A stretch of DNA of 64,000 nt from an uncultured Candidatus Binatia bacterium (GTDB lineage: Bacteria; Desulfobacterota; Binatia; Bin18), in assembly GCA_965214605.1 (NCBI GenBank), contig OZ243961.1, positions 3,104,001 to 3,168,000 of the forward strand, read 5' to 3'. The translations under genes and the position numbers were made by a program. The notes below the pieces were generated by a model. It did not search any database, was not told the origin of the DNA, and was given only the letters and a program-made list of their open reading frames with translations. Of this stretch, positions 19,557 through 30,376 are shown in pieces (position 1 is the stretch's first letter; the number at the start of each line of letters is the position of its first letter).

Positions 19557-20582
19557 TCATCGGAATCGGGGCATGACCTGACGGGCGAACAGCTCAAGGC
19601 TGCCCAGCACTTTCTCTGGTGCCAAGCCGGGCAGATGCATACCCATGGCCAAGTGGCTCACCCGGGTTTCCTGTTGATAGCGTTCAATGGCCCGAATGCA
19701 GTCGGCCGGCGTGCCGACAATGGGCGTCCCACCTGGAATGGTCGGGTCAATATGACGCAGCTGCTCAAGGCTCGGGAGTGCTGACATGGCCCGGTCGGCG
19801 GGTAAATCTCCGGCTTTTTTTAACAGCGGAAAGGCCGAGCTGAACAGGTAATACAGATGTTCGCCAACTTCTTGCCAGGCTTGTTCTCGTGTGGCGGCAA
19901 CATAGACCCACCGCAGCTGACACAGATAGTAGTCTTTGGGATTCCGCCCCTGGCGCTCAAGTTCCCGATCATAGGCACGCTGCTGCTCGACCTCGCCGGT
20001 CCCAATCAGGTGAAAACCCATTCGGGCGGCACGCTCAACCGCCCGCTTCCCGCGGGCACCAATCCAGATTGGTGGATGGGGTGTTTGAACCGGGCGCGGG
20101 GTCAGCTCAACGTCCTGCAGTTGATAATAGTCGCCGTCATACGAGAAGGTCTTCTCGGTCCATGCTTTTTGGATGACCTCGAGACCCTCTTCGAGTTGGG
20201 CACTGCGGGTCTGGCGGGGGATCCCAAAGCCGGCAAATTCATTGACCCGGTAGCCCTTGCCTATGCCAAGATCAAAACGGCCGTTTGACAGAATATCAAC
20301 CGCCGTCGCGTCCTCGGCGACACGCAGCGCGTTCTGAAACGGCAGAATCAGAATACAGGTACCGATCCGAATCCGTTGCGTGCGAGTGGCAATCCCGGCG
20401 GCAAGCGGCATCAACGAGGGGGACCACCCGTCTTGATCAAAATGATGCTCGGTCAGCCAGACGGTATCGTAGCCAAGCTGCTCGGCCGTGGTGATGTGTT
20501 CGAGGTGCTGTTGATAGAGCTCTGGAAACGGCCGCGCCCAGCGGGCCGGGTTTTGAAACGGCATCAGTAGACCAAAATCCAT
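19557..20582 (-). CDS. LLM-class flavin-dependent oxidoreductase
   Basis: GYDTVWLTEHHF, RVAEDATAVDILSNGRFDLGIG, GTP motif; GGAGG RBS region. Confidence 0.92.
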   Translation of the reverse strand: MDFGLLMPFQNPARWARPFPELYQQHLEHITTAEQLGYDTVWLTEHHFDQDGWSPSLMPLAAGIATRTQRIRIGTCILILPFQNALRVAEDATAVDILSNGRFDLGIGKGYRVNEFAGFGIPRQTRSAQLEEGLEVIQKAWTEKTFSYDGDYYQLQDVELTPRPVQTPHPPIWIGARGKRAVERAARMGFHLIGTGEVEQQRAYDRELERQGRNPKDYYLCQLRWVYVAATREQAWQEVGEHLYYLFSSAFPLLKKAGDLPADRAMSALPSLEQLRHIDPTIPGGTPIVGTPADCIRAIERYQQETRVSHLAMGMHLPGLAPEKVLGSLELFARQVMPRFR

Positions 20583-20720
20583 ATCCTTACACCTCCCTCC
20601 GGCGCCCCAGCCTAGCGGCTTCTTGACAAACCGCAAGGGCTCGGCAGACAATGCAGACTTGAGGGGCTGAGATCTCTATGAGAGTGATACTTTTGCACAC
20701 ATTGTTAAGGAGGCAAACGC

Positions 20721-21851
20721 ATGCGTGTAGTATCTGCAGATTCACATATGATGGAGCCGGCCGACCTGTGGCAGACTCGCCTGGATGCAAAATATCGGGA
20801 CAGAGCACCCCGTGTTGTTGAGGGCTATAACGGGAAGAAGGGCCATTTTTTCTGTGTCGAGGGCTTACGACCGTTTCCGGTGGCAGGTGGATTTGCTGCG
20901 GGCAACAAACCGGAGGATCTGCCCAAAGCCTGGGAGAAAGGCTATGAGGGCGCTCGGCCGAGCGGCTGGGACCCGGCCGAACGGATTAAGGACCAGGATA
21001 TTGACGGGGTTGGAGCCGAAGTGCTGTACACTACCCTGGGCATGTCGCTGTTCGGCTTGGACGACGCCGAGTTTCAGCAGGCGTGTTTTGCGGCCTATAA
21101 CGATTGGCTGAGCGAGTTCTGTCGCTACGACACAAAACGCCTATTCGGTATCTCCCTGATTTCGCTCGAAGACATTCAGGCCGGTGTCCAAGAGCTCGAG
21201 CGGGGGGCAAAAAACGGGATGCGAGGGGCCATGATCTGGGGGTCGCCGCCCCGCGAAAAGCCGTACAGTAGCCCTGAGTACGATCCCTTCTGGGCGGCCG
21301 CCCAAGATCTTCACATGCCGGTCAGCCTCCATGTGGTTACCAGCAAAAAAGGCAACCGGGAGAAGAAAAGTGCCGGGCAGCGCCCGCCGGCCAATCCTGT
21401 CCGCAGCGGACGCCAGAGCGTGTATATGCGCCTCATCCATGAGGTGCAGCAGTCGATCACGGATATTATTCTGGGCGGCGTCTTAGAGCGTTTTCCCAAG
21501 CTGCTGATTGTGTCGGCCGAGAATGATACCGGTTGGTTGCCGCACTATATGTACCGGGCCGATCATGCTTGGGAGAAGTTTCGCTATTTTGACAAAGACT
21601 CCTTACCCATGGCGCCCAGCGAATATGTACGGCGTCAGCTGTACGCGACCTTCCAAGACGATCCCATCGGTCCCTCGACCTGGGAGTATTTTGGCGAGGA
21701 CAATTATATGTGGGCCTCCGACTTCCCGCATACCGACTCGACCTGGCCCGAGTCGCAGGCGGTGATCAAGAAGGACTTTGCCAAGGTTCCGGAGCATATC
21801 ACGCAAAAGATTGTGGCCGATAACGCCATCAAGCTCTACAGAATGGAGTAG
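20721..21851 (+). CDS. Amidohydrolase_2 family protein
   Basis: SADSHMMEP, YNDWLSEFC, WASDFPH; AAGGAGG RBS. Confidence 0.92.
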   Translation: MRVVSADSHMMEPADLWQTRLDAKYRDRAPRVVEGYNGKKGHFFCVEGLRPFPVAGGFAAGNKPEDLPKAWEKGYEGARPSGWDPAERIKDQDIDGVGAEVLYTTLGMSLFGLDDAEFQQACFAAYNDWLSEFCRYDTKRLFGISLISLEDIQAGVQELERGAKNGMRGAMIWGSPPREKPYSSPEYDPFWAAAQDLHMPVSLHVVTSKKGNREKKSAGQRPPANPVRSGRQSVYMRLIHEVQQSITDIILGGVLERFPKLLIVSAENDTGWLPHYMYRADHAWEKFRYFDKDSLPMAPSEYVRRQLYATFQDDPIGPSTWEYFGEDNYMWASDFPHTDSTWPESQAVIKKDFAKVPEHITQKIVADNAIKLYRME

Positions 21852-21959
21852 GCGCGGGAAGCCGCCCGGCTCTGCTCACAGCCCGGCTGGGGGCCTTCAG
21901 GGGCCGAAGTCGAGAGTCGTATTAACGCAGCGAGCGCCCGCTGTGTCACCAGGCCAATG

Positions 21960-22647
21960 GGGCGCTCACCCCCGTGCGGCAGCGCTTCGGCAGAACTTCC
22001 CGATTGCCGTCGCGTCCCGGCCCGTCAAGCCTGTTCGTATCCGCCGACAGGCTGCCGAAGGTCCTGCCGGACTCGATTCTGAGTGGGATTGGCGTCCCCA
22101 AGGTCAAATGCCTTGCCGACCCCTTCCCGATATCGTCGTCATTGCCCGTCGGGTTTGCCTGAGTTCGAGAATCCGTCATTATCAATACAGCCCAGTGTCC
22201 GCCCAGGCTCATTTCCGTCAAGGGGTCCCCGCGTGAGCATCACTAGGAGCCCAAGGACTGCTCGACGGAACAACCACTTCGAGGCTTCTCTTTCATAGTC
22301 ATCTCCCTGGACTGCTTACGGAGGTGAGCGAATGCCTGTTGCTGCGGCAGTGGACGCGAGGCTCGTGCTCTAGCCCGGCCTGGCAAGAAATACCTCTTTG
22401 CTCCGAAGTATTTCATCCTGAGCGCGGCGGGACCGAGTTGGATACGCCATGTCTCGCGCACCAGCCGCGGGCGGAAAAATGGACGGGCTGGGGGGCAGAT
22501 GTCCGTACACTCCTGTTTCTCGCCGTACCACAGCGAATCGAAAGCCGCTCGACCAGCACGCAGATGTCTGGAGCGGGGCCCGATGGATTGGACCTCACCC
22601 TGTGTGTCCCGGAAGAAATCGAACAGCGAGAACAAGCCGTATTCCAC
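21960..22647 (-). pseudogene. Degenerate LLM oxidoreductase remnant
   Basis: MEYGLFSLFDF...AFDSLWYGE...TWRIQLG N-terminal motifs, then loss of similarity; GTP...REVLPK-like C-terminal traces in another ORF. Confidence 0.55.
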
Positions 22648-22790
22648 ACGGCATTGTCTGCGTGTCGGGACCGTCCTGACGACACCGGGGAGGGGGCGGG
22701 AACGCCTGCCGAGAACAAAGCCGCCTCCCCCCGGCGACTCTTGTCGGGAGAAAGCGCATTTGGCAGGATGAAAAAAATGGAGGATCCCGA

Positions 22791-23891
22791 ATGATTCAGA
22801 CTGACGAGACTCAGATCGACGAACCGCAGATCGAAGGTCTGGAGGAAGGCTCAGGATTGTTCTGGCGTGACTACCCGATCGACACCCTCTTGATTCGAAA
22901 CGAGAGTCGCACGGTGCACGAGGTCCTACGCCGGATCGGCAAGGGGCAATTCATCATGAATCCCGAATTCCAGCGCGATTTTATCTGGAAGGAGGACAAG
23001 CAGAGCAAGCTCATTGAGTCTGTCATTATGCGAATTCCGCTTCCGGTGCTCTATCTTGCGGAAGACGAACAGGGACGGATGATCGTCGTGGACGGGTTGC
23101 AGCGACTCACGACGTTCAAGCGCTTCGTGAACAATGAACTCAAACTCAAGCTTCCGGATCGAGATAAGCTCAATGGGAAACGTTTCCAGGACCTCTCGCC
23201 GAAAATTCAGAACCGTGTCGAGGATTGCAACCTTATTCTCTATGTCATCGACCAGCGCGTACCGGAGCAGGCGCGGCTCGACATCTTTGACCGTGTCAAT
23301 TCGGGGGAGCCGCTCACCAGACAGCAGATGCGCAACTCTCTGTACATGGGCGACGCAACCCGTTTTCTGACGTATGAGTCACGGACCGAGGTCTTCTTGC
23401 AGGCTACCGGAGACAGTCTGAATAAACAGTTGATGCGGGACCGTGAGTTCGTCAACCGATTTTGTGCTTTTCAGCTTCTTGACCTCGACGATTACCACGA
23501 TATGGACGAATTTTTGGCTAAGGCACTGAAGCAGATGAACGCCGCGCCGGAGTCCCTCGTGGCATTGTCCTCCCAGTTCAGGCTGGGCCTTGAGAACAAC
23601 TTTCGTCTGTTCGGCAGGCACGCGTTCAGAAAACACACACCAGCCCAGCAGAATCGCAGCGTCATCAACGCGTCGCTCTGGGATGTCATGTCCACCGGCC
23701 TCTCTCGATACGAGACGCCCATCGTTGAGGAGCGAGAGAGGGCCTTGAAGCGTGTTTTCTACGGGCTCATGTCTGATGAGACTTTTCTGGACGCGATCAC
23801 CTACAGTCCGAATCAGCCAAAGAAAGTCAAATGCCGTTTTTCCATTATGCAAAAAAGCCTTCGGGAGGTGGTCGGTGCTGACCCGGCTTGA
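22791..23891 (+). CDS. nsnA: DUF262 (ParB/Srx-fold) protein, Menshen NsnA-like
   Basis: PEFQRDFIW, VDGLQRL, IFDRVNSG DUF262 motifs; first gene of an overlapping triplet. Confidence 0.8.
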   Translation: MIQTDETQIDEPQIEGLEEGSGLFWRDYPIDTLLIRNESRTVHEVLRRIGKGQFIMNPEFQRDFIWKEDKQSKLIESVIMRIPLPVLYLAEDEQGRMIVVDGLQRLTTFKRFVNNELKLKLPDRDKLNGKRFQDLSPKIQNRVEDCNLILYVIDQRVPEQARLDIFDRVNSGEPLTRQQMRNSLYMGDATRFLTYESRTEVFLQATGDSLNKQLMRDREFVNRFCAFQLLDLDDYHDMDEFLAKALKQMNAAPESLVALSSQFRLGLENNFRLFGRHAFRKHTPAQQNRSVINASLWDVMSTGLSRYETPIVEERERALKRVFYGLMSDETFLDAITYSPNQPKKVKCRFSIMQKSLREVVGADPA

Positions 23892-25014
23892 GCTTCGTCT
23901 GTTTAAATGTTTCGAGGTATTAAAACTGCCTCTCGCACCACTGACCTTGCTCTCCGGCCTCAATTCATCCGGCAAATCCTCCGTGCTGCAGGCGCTCGTG
24001 CTCCTGCACCAGACAATGCGCGAGCACGAGTGGGCGACACGCCTGGCGCTGAACGGGGCGGACGTACGCCTAGGGACGGTCGTGGACGTGGTGAACGAAG
24101 TCCATGGGCGGACCGGATTTGAGGCCGGCGTGACTGATGACACGTCCGCTTGCCAGTGGGTGTTCAAGGGAGACCGACGTGAGATGTCCATGCAGGTGAC
24201 TCAGGTGTCGCTCAATGGTCGCAAAACGGAGAACCCGCAGGTATTGCGACACCTGCTCCCGCCAAACGCTAATGGAAGCGTCGTCCCTCTGGCCGACCGA
24301 ATCCGCGGGCTTACCTATATCACCGCCGAGCGGGTAGGCCCGCAGGAGACATATCCGCTCGAAGATCCGTACGATGCCGACTTGGTTGGAGCTAGAGGCG
24401 AACACACGGTCAGTGTGTTGCATTGGAGACGGGACGAATCCGTCCCGTCTCTGCTTGCCCTGTCGGGCACGCCGCCCACGCTGCTGCGGCAAGTTGAAGC
24501 CCGCATGCAGACGCTGTTTCCAGGCTGCGGTCTGGATTTGCAGCAGGTGGCACAGACAAACGCCGTGACGCTCGGGTTACGCACCTCCGACGCCACCGGC
24601 TTCCACCGTCCGATCCATACCGGCTTCGGTTTGACCCAAATTCTGCCCATCCTCGTCGCCGCATTGTCGGGTCCGGCCGGCCGGCTTCTGTTGATCGAGA
24701 ATCCCGAAGTCCATCTACACCCCGCGGGTCAAGCATCGCTAGGCGGTTTTCTGGCGGACGTTGCAGGGGCCGGCATTCAGGTCATCGTGGAGACGCACAG
24801 CGACCATGTCCTCAACGGCGTCCGCCGTGCGGTCAAGGAAAACCGCCTGAGGCCGGACCACGTTGCCATCCACTTTTTCAAGCCACACTCGGACGAGGGC
24901 GCCCAAGTGCACAGCCCGATGCTGGATGCCGAGGGAAATATCGACGAGTGGCCAGAAGGGTTTTTCGATCAGTTCGACAAAGACATGAACTATTTCGCAG
25001 GATGGGACGGCTGA
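23875..25014 (+). CDS. nsnB: ABC-type ATPase with C-terminal DUF3696, Menshen NsnB-like
   Basis: GLNSSGKSS, IENPEVHLHP, ETHSDH, WPEGFFDQ; GTG start with GGGAGG RBS inside nsnA. Confidence 0.82.
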   Translation: MLTRLELRLFKCFEVLKLPLAPLTLLSGLNSSGKSSVLQALVLLHQTMREHEWATRLALNGADVRLGTVVDVVNEVHGRTGFEAGVTDDTSACQWVFKGDRREMSMQVTQVSLNGRKTENPQVLRHLLPPNANGSVVPLADRIRGLTYITAERVGPQETYPLEDPYDADLVGARGEHTVSVLHWRRDESVPSLLALSGTPPTLLRQVEARMQTLFPGCGLDLQQVAQTNAVTLGLRTSDATGFHRPIHTGFGLTQILPILVAALSGPAGRLLLIENPEVHLHPAGQASLGGFLADVAGAGIQVIVETHSDHVLNGVRRAVKENRLRPDHVAIHFFKPHSDEGAQVHSPMLDAEGNIDEWPEGFFDQFDKDMNYFAGWDG

Positions 25015-25976
25015 CTGTGGAGTTACTCTTCAACGAACTCTCGCTCCACGGACAGTTCCCTGACGTGACGACGTTCAAAGCTTCCGTTGGACGTGTGATG
25101 CGCATACGCAAGGTTATGCGGAGGTTTGGGCGAGATCTCTATTGTCGTCGGAACGTCCCCTCCTGTCAGGTGACGTCGGACAAGACCATGCAGCAGGTGA
25201 TCGGAGCCTTCGATCCGAACAGCAAGCGTGCGTTACTGGGATGGCTGACGGGGCGCGGCCCTTTTTGGGAAGACGAGCGGGAACATAGCGGGGAGGAATG
25301 GTTTGAATACAACGGTGAAATCGTGACCGACAGCGCGCTGGGAGAGGCCGCGTATAAATATTTTTGCGGCCTCTCCCAAGGCGTTGTGAGCATGGCCCCG
25401 TCAGCCTGGTTGTCTTCGCCTTTGTTGGTCAAATGGGTCCAAAACAGAGAAACGTCGAGTGCGACTATTCCGAACTACTGGGATGTCGACACGCTGCGCG
25501 CTGTCCTTGACGCGGCGCCCGCCCCGATCAGGTCTTGGACGGAGTTAGAGACGATGGCGCGTGAGCGCTGTCCGGACCTGATGTTTGCGCAGGACAGTTT
25601 TAAGCCGTTGGCCGGGCATCCGTTCCACGAGGGCACTGCCAAACGCCTGCTAGACCGCTTCTCTCGCCTCCACGATCTAAAGAACTGTTTTGACGAGCGC
25701 GGGGAGCGCACCTCTGAAGGGCACCGATTATACAAAGCGCATTTCACTGGTGACGGAGCGCATTTCTCAGATTCGTCGGATACCGAGAAGAGGACCTTTC
25801 GGACGGAACTGACATTCCCACATCCCCAGGTGCCCGGCACGTCTTTGTTCTGCACCTGGCACGGCAAGGTGGTCACAAGGTCACGGTTGCAGCTTCGGGT
25901 GCATTTCTCCTGGCCGGTCCGCAGAGATGACCCCCTGTACGTCGTCTATGTTGGACCGAAAATCACCAGGCGATAA
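25002..25976 (+). CDS. nsnC: Putative effector, Menshen NsnC-like (C-terminal RelE-like region)
   Basis: Coupled to nsnB end; C-terminus WHGK...RVHFSW...YVVYVGPK; start 25002 or 25017. Confidence 0.65.
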   Translation: MGRLTVELLFNELSLHGQFPDVTTFKASVGRVMRIRKVMRRFGRDLYCRRNVPSCQVTSDKTMQQVIGAFDPNSKRALLGWLTGRGPFWEDEREHSGEEWFEYNGEIVTDSALGEAAYKYFCGLSQGVVSMAPSAWLSSPLLVKWVQNRETSSATIPNYWDVDTLRAVLDAAPAPIRSWTELETMARERCPDLMFAQDSFKPLAGHPFHEGTAKRLLDRFSRLHDLKNCFDERGERTSEGHRLYKAHFTGDGAHFSDSSDTEKRTFRTELTFPHPQVPGTSLFCTWHGKVVTRSRLQLRVHFSWPVRRDDPLYVVYVGPKITRR

Positions 25977-26202
25977 CCTCAATCCTTGCCTTCGTGCACG
26001 GCCTGCCGGAGAGGTTGAGGGTCGTGCCTGCGCCGTCCGCCTCGGCTCAGGCATCAATAGAATAGCTTTCGAGGGAATCCGGGCCCGGACGCTCTGCAGC
26101 GTTTCGGCTAGTATCAGACCGAGCACGACGGGGCTCATGTCGGCGAGCCGCCGCCAGAAACTTTGCCTGCGCATCCATCAGAGGGAGGAGGGAGGCCGTG
26201 GG

Positions 26203-27686
26203 TCAGGTGTCGTCTTGGTTGGGCCGCGTCAGAAGTTCGGGCGACGAGACCGGCCGCACGTCCACCTCGATCGGGGCGGCCGTGGAGATCCGCTGGCGAG
26301 CGGCCGCGGCCCCGAGGTCTTCAAGGCGGCGTGCCTGTACCAATACCCGTGATTCGAGCGACCCAACGCTCTTATTGTAGGACTCGACCGCGCGGTGCAG
26401 CGCCTTGCCGACATGCCCACGTATTCACCGTAAACGCGGAGGCGGTCGTACAGTTCGCCTGCGGCGTCGGCGATCTGTTTGGCGTTTTCCTCCACCTTGG
26501 CCTGTTGCCAATCGCAATGGTACGCAGGAGTGCGATAAGCAGTCCGGGCGTAGCGATCAACACGCGGTGTTGCCGCCACGTTTGGTCCCAAACACCGTTT
26601 TTGGCGCGCTCCGCGGCATCAAGAATGGCGTCGTGCGGCACGAACATGACCGTGAAGTCGAACGAACCCGCCACGCTGCTGATGCGGCTGGCCAGCTCTT
26701 TCGCATGCGCGCTGAGCGCCTCAGCATGGCACCGAAAAGGGGCTGCTGCTGGCGTTCGTCCTCGGTCTCGAATGCCTTGATGTAGGCATTCATCGGCGCT
26801 TTGGCGTCGAGCACGATGCGCTTGTTCCCAGGGATGGTGATGACCATATCCGGCCGCCGCTGATCGGTGCCAACGCCACCTGCTCGACGAACTCGACATG
26901 CTCGAGCATGCCCGCGGCTTCGACCACGCTGCGCAACTGCTGCTCGCCCCAATCTCCTCGTTCACGGGTCGAGCGCAGCGCGCGGTGCAATTGGCTGGTC
27001 TCGCTGCGAAGCTGGACAATCTCCTGCCGCGCCTGTGACACAGCCTGGTGTACCCGCTCGTACGCTCCGACGCGGACCTGCTCTAGTTCGGCGACTTTCT
27101 TGTCAAGCTTGTTGAGGTTCTCGCCGAGCGGCTTGACGAGGTTGTCGACCGCAGTCTGCCGGGCTTCGAGGTCCTTGGCGGCGAGTTCGCGCTGACGTTG
27201 AAAGCGCTCGTCCGCCTGCTCGCGGTCCTGCCGGAAGCGTGTTTCGGCCTGTTTGCGAACTTCGTCGTTGCTGGTCTTGAGCGCCTCCAATGCCGCACCT
27301 CTGAAGCGCTCCTCCAGCGTCGTGCGGATGTGGTTCAATCCCTGGGCGCGGGCGTCGTACGCCTCTTTGAGGCCCGCGACCTGGGCACGGGCCTCTGTGA
27401 GCTGCTTTCGTAACTCCCCGGCTGTCTGGTGCGATTCCTGTCGCTCGCGGGTGCGCTCCTCCTCCAACGCGGTGATGCGTTTGTCACGTTCCTGGAGCGT
27501 GGTTTCGGCGCGGGCCAGCGCGTCGGTCTGCTTGGCCACGTCGGTCCGTAGTTGGTCGCGTTCGTGAGTGAGTTCCCGGACCGCGGGAGCGTACACCGCG
27601 GGGTCGGCGACTTGCCGGAAAAGGATCCAGACCGCGATGACGAGCCCCACACACAGCAGGGCGAGAACGAGGAGCGTGATTTCCAT
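26203..27686 (-). pseudogene. rmuC: DNA recombination protein RmuC, split by about four frameshifts
   Basis: TM plus coiled coil, RGDWGEQQL; then RPDMVI..VLDAKAP; FTVMFVP...LIATP; WQQAKVEENAKQI; SYNKSVGSLESRV in successive frames. Confidence 0.88.
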
Positions 27687-27779
27687 GTGAGTTTGTGCGA
27701 GCCGCGGCCTTCCCGCCTACTCTCTCCTGTACGATTCGGGACCAGAAATTTCCTTGGCGCGTCTTGAGGCCTGCTCCAG

Positions 27780-28625
27780 GATGGTTCACCGCGGACGGCG
27801 TCCGAGCGCGTGGTCCATGCTGATGGGGTGCTTGGCTGGCACGCTATATTCTCCGATCTCAAGGGCGAGCGATTTGTTCAGAGAGTTGCCCCCGGCTGTG
27901 GCCACGCTATACAGCTGTGACCCCAAGCCAGCCTCGATCCCCGCGACGCTGGCCGTACTGACTATACCGACTGAGTGCTGGCACTTCACGGTCGGCACGC
28001 GTGCGTAATGCCCCAAAAGAAGCTCTTCAGCAGCATGTCGAAGGGCATATCGCCCTCTTCCACGCTGGTGCCCTCAATCGGCCCCAACACCCCGCCCCAG
28101 GTCGTATGCGACCTCGTACCTCTTGTCCTCCTGCATACCTCCACGACCTATGCCCCTCTGCGGCGAGCGGTTGGACCGTCACCGTTCATGAGGTCGTTGA
28201 GATCGTCCGTCACCGGCGCCACCTTGTCTCGCCAGCTTTCCCCATACGTGCCTCCGTTTTCACTGTCCCGGTGTGTTCGCCCGATTCTGTACCCGGTCGG
28301 CGAACATCCTCCATGCCCCCGGAGAGCCAGCCGTCCTCTAGCGGAGTCAGGCATCCGGAGCACGCCTGCTGGTGCCCCTCAATCGTTTCGCAGTTCGCTT
28401 AACAGCGTCCGGTCCAGGGTGTTGCGGAACAGACCGTGCCGGGCGTTCCACCTCGGCTTGAGCAGCATCGCGGTATCCTACCTAGCCGTGGCTCGTGCGA
28501 AGCCAACCGGCCGTCGTCCGGCAGCGTCACGGCTTTGTGTCTGTCCCTCCATTTCGTAGACGTTGGCCCTGCTTAACGAATGGCCTGAGCCCGGCTTTGA
28601 GCAGGGCCTTGCCGGCGTTCATGGA
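27780..28625 (-). pseudogene. Remnant of Swt1-like HEPN / DUF499 AAA+ ATPase
   Basis: Fragments GKALLKAGLRPFV, *DTAMLLK..W....LFRNTL...LSELRN, SWRDKVAP match the DUF499 protein N-terminus; many stops and indels. Confidence 0.6.
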
Positions 28626-28639
28626 CTTCCGCAGGCGGC

Positions 28640-30214
28640 TTACAGTCGCCTCCAACTGTTGATTTGCTCTTTTAGCTGCTCTAGCAACTCCGCGATGTTC
28701 TCCTCAGGGCGCTTTTCTGTCTCGCAGCGGCCGACGATCCTGCCGAGGTGTGAAATGGGTTGCTCTACCCTGGCAGCAAATGCTTCTAGGTTGGCCTTGG
28801 AGGCAGGCTGCTGGGTTATCGTCGTCCCTTCCATCATCTGTGCGCTCTCCCGCATCTGCTTTGCCATGTCCATGGCGGATAACTCTAGCAATGTGGCGTA
28901 GTCCTGCGGGTGCTGTTGCAAAGTCCTCCATATCCAATCTTCTGGTGGTGCCGTTCCGGGAAGGAACAAGGGTTGTAAGCGGTGTCCGTATTCTTCGGCG
29001 ACGCTCTTAATGGAAGCCTCCATAGGGCGCGAGTCGCCGTCCAAGACGACGACGAAGTCCTTCAGCTTTCCGAACTTGCCGAGCGTCCTGATATGAGACG
29101 GAAACTCGTCCCGCCTCGTGTTGCTGCCGATGACGAAATGATCAGGACGAAGATCCAGTTGGGATTGCAGCACATCCAGCACCCCAAGTATCACTCCTTC
29201 CGTGATCGCGTCCTCGCATAGGATTGAGAGTTGATCACGGGACTGTCCGTAGAGAGATTTCTGGAAAATATCCCGGTAAGCCGGCATTAGCCGGACTTCT
29301 CCGGTTTGCTCGTCGCGGTCTAGGAATATCCGCCCCTCGGGAGGCACACTGTCCAAAATCACCGGACTGTGCGAGGCAACGACGATTTGCAGTCTTTGTC
29401 GCAGCGCAGTCCGCTGCAATTCCAGCATCAGTTGCTGCTGCGTGTATGGATGGAGCCCGGTATCAATATCGTCGATAAGGATCAGGGCGTTCTCGAGACG
29501 AGCAATGTCTTTGGATATCCGCAGGATCGTGCGTTCTCCAGAGGACATGTGAAATTCAGAATAGCGAACGGCTCCGCTCCCCTCGACTTCTGCGAACAGC
29601 AGGTTGCGGGATTGCCCGCTGATGACCGCCAGCCTGCGGTAGCGATGACGTAAGATGCGGTGGGCGAAGATAAGCAAGTCGGAAGTTAGAGGTTCGATCA
29701 AAACGGGTTTTCGCGCGAGTTGGAGAATCCCCCGGATCTCGGACGGATTGGTAAGATTGGCAAGAGCGCGAAGGTAGAGATGTCGCTGCGGTTGGTAACC
29801 CGCCCTCCGGCCCATGAAGCCCTTGTGCCACTTCCACGACTTGCCCCGTTTCCAGACCATGGACAGACGATCGTCCTCATGCAGATAGTAGAACTCCAGT
29901 TCCGTTTGCTCGGTCGGGTCCGACATTTCCCCGGTAGATTGGTGCCTAAAATTAGGAAAAAAGCTGCTGGGAGTAAACTCCTGCGACGCGCGGCTCGGGG
30001 CACGGTAGGCGCAGGCACAGGCACAGAGCACCGTGGACTTACCGCATCCGTTAGGACCGGCAAGGACACAGACGGGATAATTAAAGGGAACCCGCAGATT
30101 CCGGATACCCCGTAGATTTCTGAGATGCACTTCCAGAAGGGCGGAGCGGCGTTGCCTATTGCTCGCCCGTAGCGCGTCCCATGTCTCCTGCAGCTGCCTA
30201 GCAATCAACGACAT
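28640..30214 (-). CDS. ABC-type ATPase fused to TOPRIM-like domain (OLD-like)
   Basis: GPNGCGKST, MSSGE, ILIDDIDTGLHP, ASHS; C-terminal ILCED...VLDGD; AAGGAGG RBS. Confidence 0.8.
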   Translation of the reverse strand: MSLIARQLQETWDALRASNRQRRSALLEVHLRNLRGIRNLRVPFNYPVCVLAGPNGCGKSTVLCACACAYRAPSRASQEFTPSSFFPNFRHQSTGEMSDPTEQTELEFYYLHEDDRLSMVWKRGKSWKWHKGFMGRRAGYQPQRHLYLRALANLTNPSEIRGILQLARKPVLIEPLTSDLLIFAHRILRHRYRRLAVISGQSRNLLFAEVEGSGAVRYSEFHMSSGERTILRISKDIARLENALILIDDIDTGLHPYTQQQLMLELQRTALRQRLQIVVASHSPVILDSVPPEGRIFLDRDEQTGEVRLMPAYRDIFQKSLYGQSRDQLSILCEDAITEGVILGVLDVLQSQLDLRPDHFVIGSNTRRDEFPSHIRTLGKFGKLKDFVVVLDGDSRPMEASIKSVAEEYGHRLQPLFLPGTAPPEDWIWRTLQQHPQDYATLLELSAMDMAKQMRESAQMMEGTTITQQPASKANLEAFAARVEQPISHLGRIVGRCETEKRPEENIAELLEQLKEQINSWRRL

Positions 30215-30376
30215 AGCTGGCGGCCTCCTTTCAGTGAGGGAATCCGGACCGAAAGGATCCAGCCCCTGTGGTACCATTGACAGTATATCTCCCTCTGCTC
30301 CTCTAGGGGGACGGCGTGGGCATACGACCTCCTGTCCCGCTCCGCACCAGGAGTTGCACGATGGGGCTGCGCGCGG

